Assembly: GCF_009914755.1 (NCBI RefSeq)
Contig: NC_060947.1
Direction: 5' to 3' (one strand)
Length of the DNA stretch: 64,000 nucleotides
Origin: the human T2T-CHM13v2.0 reference genome, Homo sapiens
Positions 59,579-64,000 of the stretch are shown here, piece after piece (position 1 is the first letter of the stretch; every line of letters starts with the position of its first letter). Below the pieces are notes generated by a model. The model was not told the DNA's origin. It saw only the letters and a list, made by a program, of their open reading frames with translations, and did not search any database. Made by a program: the position numbers and the translations under genes.

Positions 59579-59968
59579 TTTTGGTAAAAGAATTTACCAA
59601 AACAGTTTTAGTTAAAAGAAGGTAGATTTATTAGATAAAGTAGGAAAATATGTTGTCAGAGAGACAAAGGGCAGCCTGCAAGAGAGAAGCCAACTGCCAG
59701 GAGACAAAGGCTTGCTGGAAATTTTATAGGATGGCGTTTATGCTGTCTGTTGAAGAGGTCTTTGTGTAATATTGATAATGCCAAGGTCGCAATGAGCTAA
59801 CTTACAGGTGTCTGGTGATAGCTGGGCATGGGAAGATTGTGAATTATTTGCGCAGGAAGGCTGCATCTTGGTCATGAAGAAAGGGAGATTTGTAGCTTAT
59901 TTGCTTTTTCTTTTTGCTATTTCATGCTCCCACCAGCCTGATTCCCTTTCCCTAATTAGGACTCCAGA
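59579..59968 (-). mobile_element. MER83/MER84-like ERV1 solo LTR
   Basis: Ends cccaccagcctgattccctttccctaattaggactcca; TSD atga. Confidence 0.65.
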
Positions 59969-61559
59969 ATGATGATATTTGAATGGCCTTTTAATGGTTT
60001 TGTCACAATTCAAGTGAATTAATTCGCCATTTTATTTGAAGTCGGACATTTAGGTTGTTTCCAGTTTTTCTGTATTAAAAATGAATCTCTGCTGAGCATC
60101 TTAGTAATGAAATATTTGTCTGCGTTTCTGTCTCCTTGGGATGGATTCCTGAAAATGGAATTACTAGGTCAAAGAGCAGATTTCTAGAAGTGGGATTAAT
60201 GGATAGAAAATATTTTTATGGATAATAAAAGGTTATACCCAACAGCGTATGTGAGTCTCACCACTCTCTCGCCAATAGTGTGTTATCCTTTTTTTTTTCC
60301 CTTTTATCTTTCCTGTAGAAAAGTAGTAGGTGACAGCGGCATCTCCATGCTTTTCTTTTTGTTACTAATGAGACTGAACATTTTTCATATGCTTATTCAC
60401 CACTGGCATGCTCTCTTTTGTGAACTACCTGTTCCTATTTTTTCCCATTTATTGACTAGAATCTTATACATTTTCTTATCAATCCAAATGATCTCTCAAA
60501 TAAATATTAACCCTTTGTCATATTAGTTGCAAATGAAAATATTTTATAAGTTTATTAGCTTTCTAAATTTTCTTGGCCATACATGTTAAAAGAGATAGAT
60601 TCTAACTATAGACAAGTGCCCTCAGTTTGAGCCTGTTTCTCCATGATTAAATTGAAGAGTTTTGACAAAAGATTTGGAGGGGCTGTTTCAGCTAATCCCA
60701 AATTTAGCTCTGAGAAAAATGCCTGGGCCCGATACAAAGATTGTTTGGCTCATTGCACTTTATAATGATTTAAGAAGATGTGGGGGGCAGGGATGGAAGC
60801 AGTTTTTGCCAGAAATTTTTAGAATTCTGAGGTAGGAAGCCAATCTTTACTCAAGTCTCTTGCGTGTTGGGAGGAGGAGTAAGTTATGTGCAAGCCAACA
60901 GAACACTTGGTGGAAAAGTACTGCTCTGGGCTGCAGATGTGTGCACGGCTTGGTTTTAATTATTTGTTTCCCTCTCTATCCTTTCTTCTCCTCCCCTCCC
61001 CCCGCCACCAGAAAAAGGGCCAGATTAGGACGAGGCAACCCCTTCCTCCGTGGAGGTCTGCTTCTGTGCAGCCTGTTAGCACATCAAAGGCCGGATGAAA
61101 TACCTAGGAAAGGAAGGGACCAGGCCTAGGATCCTTCCAAACTCCCGCCTTTGTCTGGGCTCCAGCTCAGGGTTATTGTGACTGCCAAGGGTAGCCTGAC
61201 AGACTCCAAATAGAAGAACGCTGCCAAACAAAGAAACTTTCACATTATTCTGAGGGGGGAAAAAAGAGCAACAAGAGAACGTTGCTTGTTAATGCCTGGT
61301 GACTGAGCAAATCAGTAATTGCAAAAGGGTTTTTCGGAGAACAAACCCAAAGTTAACTGGGCGATCAGATTCGTTTCCCCAGATAATAGGGAGAGTTGTG
61401 CACTGACTTTAGCAATCCCGGGGGTGTCGGTCCCACAGCATCTGGGGGAGAATTGGGGAAGGGCCATCAAGGAGAGCGAATGGGGGTTCCCAAGGTGAAA
61501 ATGAGTCGTGTAGGGCTCTAACATAGAAAATGGAGTTCGAAGAATGAGTTTCCTGTCTC

Positions 61560-62780
61560 CTAAGACAGCTTGGAGGGCCCGGGAACGGCAGGGGGAAGAT
61601 GAGGGGCTTCAGAATGGGAGGCAGGGAAAAGCCTGCAGCAACAGAAAGGGAGTCGGTGTCTGGCGCGCATCAGGTGGCGGAGGGGCGCTCGCACAGAGCC
61701 CGGCAATGCCGAGGCCCTCCCAACGGGTCGGTCTGCGAGGAGCAAAAAAGGGGTTCAGAGGAGGGCAGCGCGTGCGTCGCGCTCAGCTATAGGATGGCGC
61801 GAGGATGGCGTGAGGCTGGGCTGGGGCCTCCCAGGTAGAACTGAGGGGGGCACCGCGCGGCCGCGGGGGAGCGGCGCCGGACTCTAGAGGCTTTGGAGGG
61901 GGCCTGAGGGCTGCGGGGCGGGACCGAGCAGGGCGGGGCGCTTAGGTGGCCTCGGGGGAGGCGGGGCTTGGAGGCTCCGCCCCTCAGGCCCCGCCTCCTC
62001 CCCGGCTAGTCTTTGGCCGCCGCCGAACCCCGCGCGCCACTCGCTCGCTCAGAGGGAGGAGAAAGTGGCGAGTTCCGGATCCCTGCCTAGCGCGGCCCAA
62101 CCTTTACTCCAGAGATCATGGCTGCCGAGGATGTGGTGGCGACTGGCGCCGACCCAAGCGATCTGGAGAGCGGCGGGCTGCTGCATGAGATTTTCACGTC
62201 GCCGCTCAACCTGCTGCTGCTTGGCCTCTGCATCTTCCTGCTCTACAAGATCGTGCGCGGGGACCAGCCGGCGGCCAGCGGCGACAGCGACGACGACGAG
62301 CCGCCCCCTCTGCCCCGCCTCAAGCGGCGCGACTTCACCCCCGCCGAGCTGCGGCGCTTCGACGGCGTCCAGGACCCGCGCATACTCATGGCCATCAACG
62401 GCAAGGTGTTCGATGTGACCAAAGGCCGCAAATTCTACGGGCCCGGTACGCGGCCGGCGAGGGGGGCTTGGAGACAAAAGAAGGGGGCCCCGGCACGGGG
62501 CTGGGCGGGAGAGAGGCGAGGCGGGAGCGGGGCGCCCCTGAGTGGAGGGAGGAATGGCGGCGAGCTAGGGTAGGCGGGTAGGCGGGCAGGCGGAGAGCCG
62601 GGAGGCTCCCGGGGCGGGCAGGGAACAAGAGGCGCTCTAGAGGGGCTGCGGGCCAGTCAGGGACGCGGATCCCCGGCCCGCGCTGACAGCGCTGGGAGGG
62701 GGTTAGAGAAAGAAGGCTGAGGCGCTTAAGCCGGGGGTGGGTGGGACCACGAAGCTCGAAGGCGTTGAGGGGGGACACAT
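61560..62780 (+). promoter_or_regulatory. PGRMC1: CpG island and TATA-less promoter of PGRMC1 with clustered GC boxes; TSS about 62040
   Basis: Very GC- and CpG-rich. Sp1-type GGGCGG/GAGGCGG/CCGCC boxes at about 61915, 61931, 61958 and 61990. NRF1-like gcgcgtgcg at about 61768. Directly upstream of and spanning exon 1. Confidence 0.9.
62118..62445 (+). CDS. PGRMC1: PGRMC1 coding exon 1 (membrane-associated progesterone receptor component 1; TM helix and start of cytochrome b5-like domain)
   Basis: Translation [48 protein letters not shown]...GRKFYGP is recognisably PGRMC1. Strong Kozak context (atcATGG). Splice donor G|gtacgc after 62445 (phase 1). Downstream exons lie outside the window. 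Confidence 0.98.
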
Positions 62781-63039
62781 CAAAGCCCAGGCTGTTGGGG
62801 TAGTTTTCGAAGGTCCTGGGCTTGGGGATTCCTGGAAGGAGGAGGGGGTAGTGTCGGGTTCTAGGAAGGAAATGAGGGTGTTCCGAGGGAGGCATGGGGG
62901 AGGGCGAGAGTGAGAAAAGGTCCAGACCTAGAGAAGACGGGAAGGCCAATGACACCGGGAGTAGGTTTGAAATATGAGGGTGTGGGAGAAAACGCCGAGA
63001 CGGGATTAGCAGCAGGTAAAAGCTTTGTGCCCGGTGGAT

Positions 63040-63212
63040 AGTGATGTGTGTGTGCACTCGTGGTGTGTGCATGCGCGGTGTGTGCGTGTTTAGTGTATGT
63101 GATTTATCAGGGGTGTGTGTGTGTGGTGTGTGCATGCGCGCTTGAAATGGGTCATGCGTCAGGTATGTGTGTGGCATGTGTTTGGTCTGTGTGCGCTTGT
63201 GCTGTGTGTGGC
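63040..63212. repeat. Degenerate GT-rich low-complexity tract in PGRMC1 intron 1
   Basis: Read directly. Confidence 0.85.
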
Positions 63213-63544
63213 AGATGGGGAAAGGCTGGAAGGTGAACAAGGAGGAAGGGGGCTGTTTGAGGGAGGAATAAAGGCTGAATATGGTGGACAATGGTAACGT
63301 GGCAAGCTTTTAAGGTAATATGGTATTTAGTCTATAGCAGGAGAGAAAGGATTAGAAGCCAAGAAAAATTAAAATGGAGGGAGGGAGAAGTGGGAGGATA
63401 CCAAGAAACAAAAGGAGTAGAGCTAAGAAGACTGCTGGGTGGGGGGATATCAGGAAAAGCCAACCAGAGGGAAATGAAGAATGGATGACTGCTGCACTGC
63501 TGAGCTGTTGGAGAAGGCAGGCCTGATGGGTTCCTTAGAGGCGA

Positions 63545-63722
63545 GGTTTTTGCAAACCTGGTTGCGTATCAGAATCACCTGATGCATCTGAGGAAAAATA
63601 CAGATTCCCAGTCTAACCGCCAGAGCTGCAAATGAGTCTCGGGTGGTCCGGGAGTCTGTATTTTAATATGCTTCCCAGGCGAATTTGAAAAGCAGCCAGG
63701 CTTGCAAAGTCCTGCTTTATAG
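63545..63722. mobile_element. MER5A in PGRMC1 intron 1
   Basis: gtatcagaatcacctg...aatacagattccca...ctgtattttaatatgcttcccagg. Confidence 0.7.
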
Positions 63723-63949
63723 AATACTTGGAGATGAGGAAGAAGAGGTTTTGGCTCCTCCAATATGGACTCCTCTAAACACAGGGAGCTTAGAGGATGT
63801 CCACATGGACGGTGCTCATTCCACACTGGCCTGAGAGAGGGAAGAGTACAGAAGGCAGTACACAAACTCAGGCATTCATTTTAGTCTCCCAGTCCAACTG
63901 ATCAAAATCAGATGTGTTAAGGTTAAGGAGCTCAGTTTTTTCTTGCAGA

Positions 63950-64000
63950 CATTTATTTATTATAAAAAATAAATTTTATTTATTTTTTAGAGACAGGGTC
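63950..64000 (-). mobile_element. Alu tail and 3' end, cut by the window edge
   Basis: T-rich tail then gagacagggtc. Confidence 0.7.

Noticed and set aside
62446-62573. ORF-track extension of PGRMC1 to 151 aa
   Set aside because: Reads through the exon 1 splice donor into intron; similarity to PGRMC1 stops at ...KFYGP.
62049-63291. Long antisense ORFs (142 aa and 298 aa) over PGRMC1 exon 1 and intron 1
   Set aside because: Shadows of GC-rich coding sequence and the GT-rich tract; low-complexity peptides with no recognisable domain.

Overview
Primate, very probably human Xq24, repeat-rich intergenic DNA ending in the CpG-island promoter, exon 1 and start of intron 1 of PGRMC1 (+ strand). The translated exon matches the human protein as I recall it. 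No other intact protein-coding gene is visible. The upstream 61 kb holds three processed pseudogenes (ARL5A, NUDT19, and an HNRNPA1 copy nested inside the NUDT19 copy) and many Alu, L1, L2, MIR, LTR and DNA-transposon remnants. The most unusual structures are: (i) two sister LTR12C (ERV9) LTRs in tandem, flanked by one shared target-site duplication, with only a 55-bp Alu fragment between them; (ii) a retrocopy inside a retrocopy, each with its own TSD; (iii) three local duplication or templated-insertion scars in the first 23 kb. Repeat subfamily names come from remembered consensus sequences, not a database search, and boundaries of old repeats are approximate. I see no evidence of a new gene system; the findings concern genome structure and candidate regulation.
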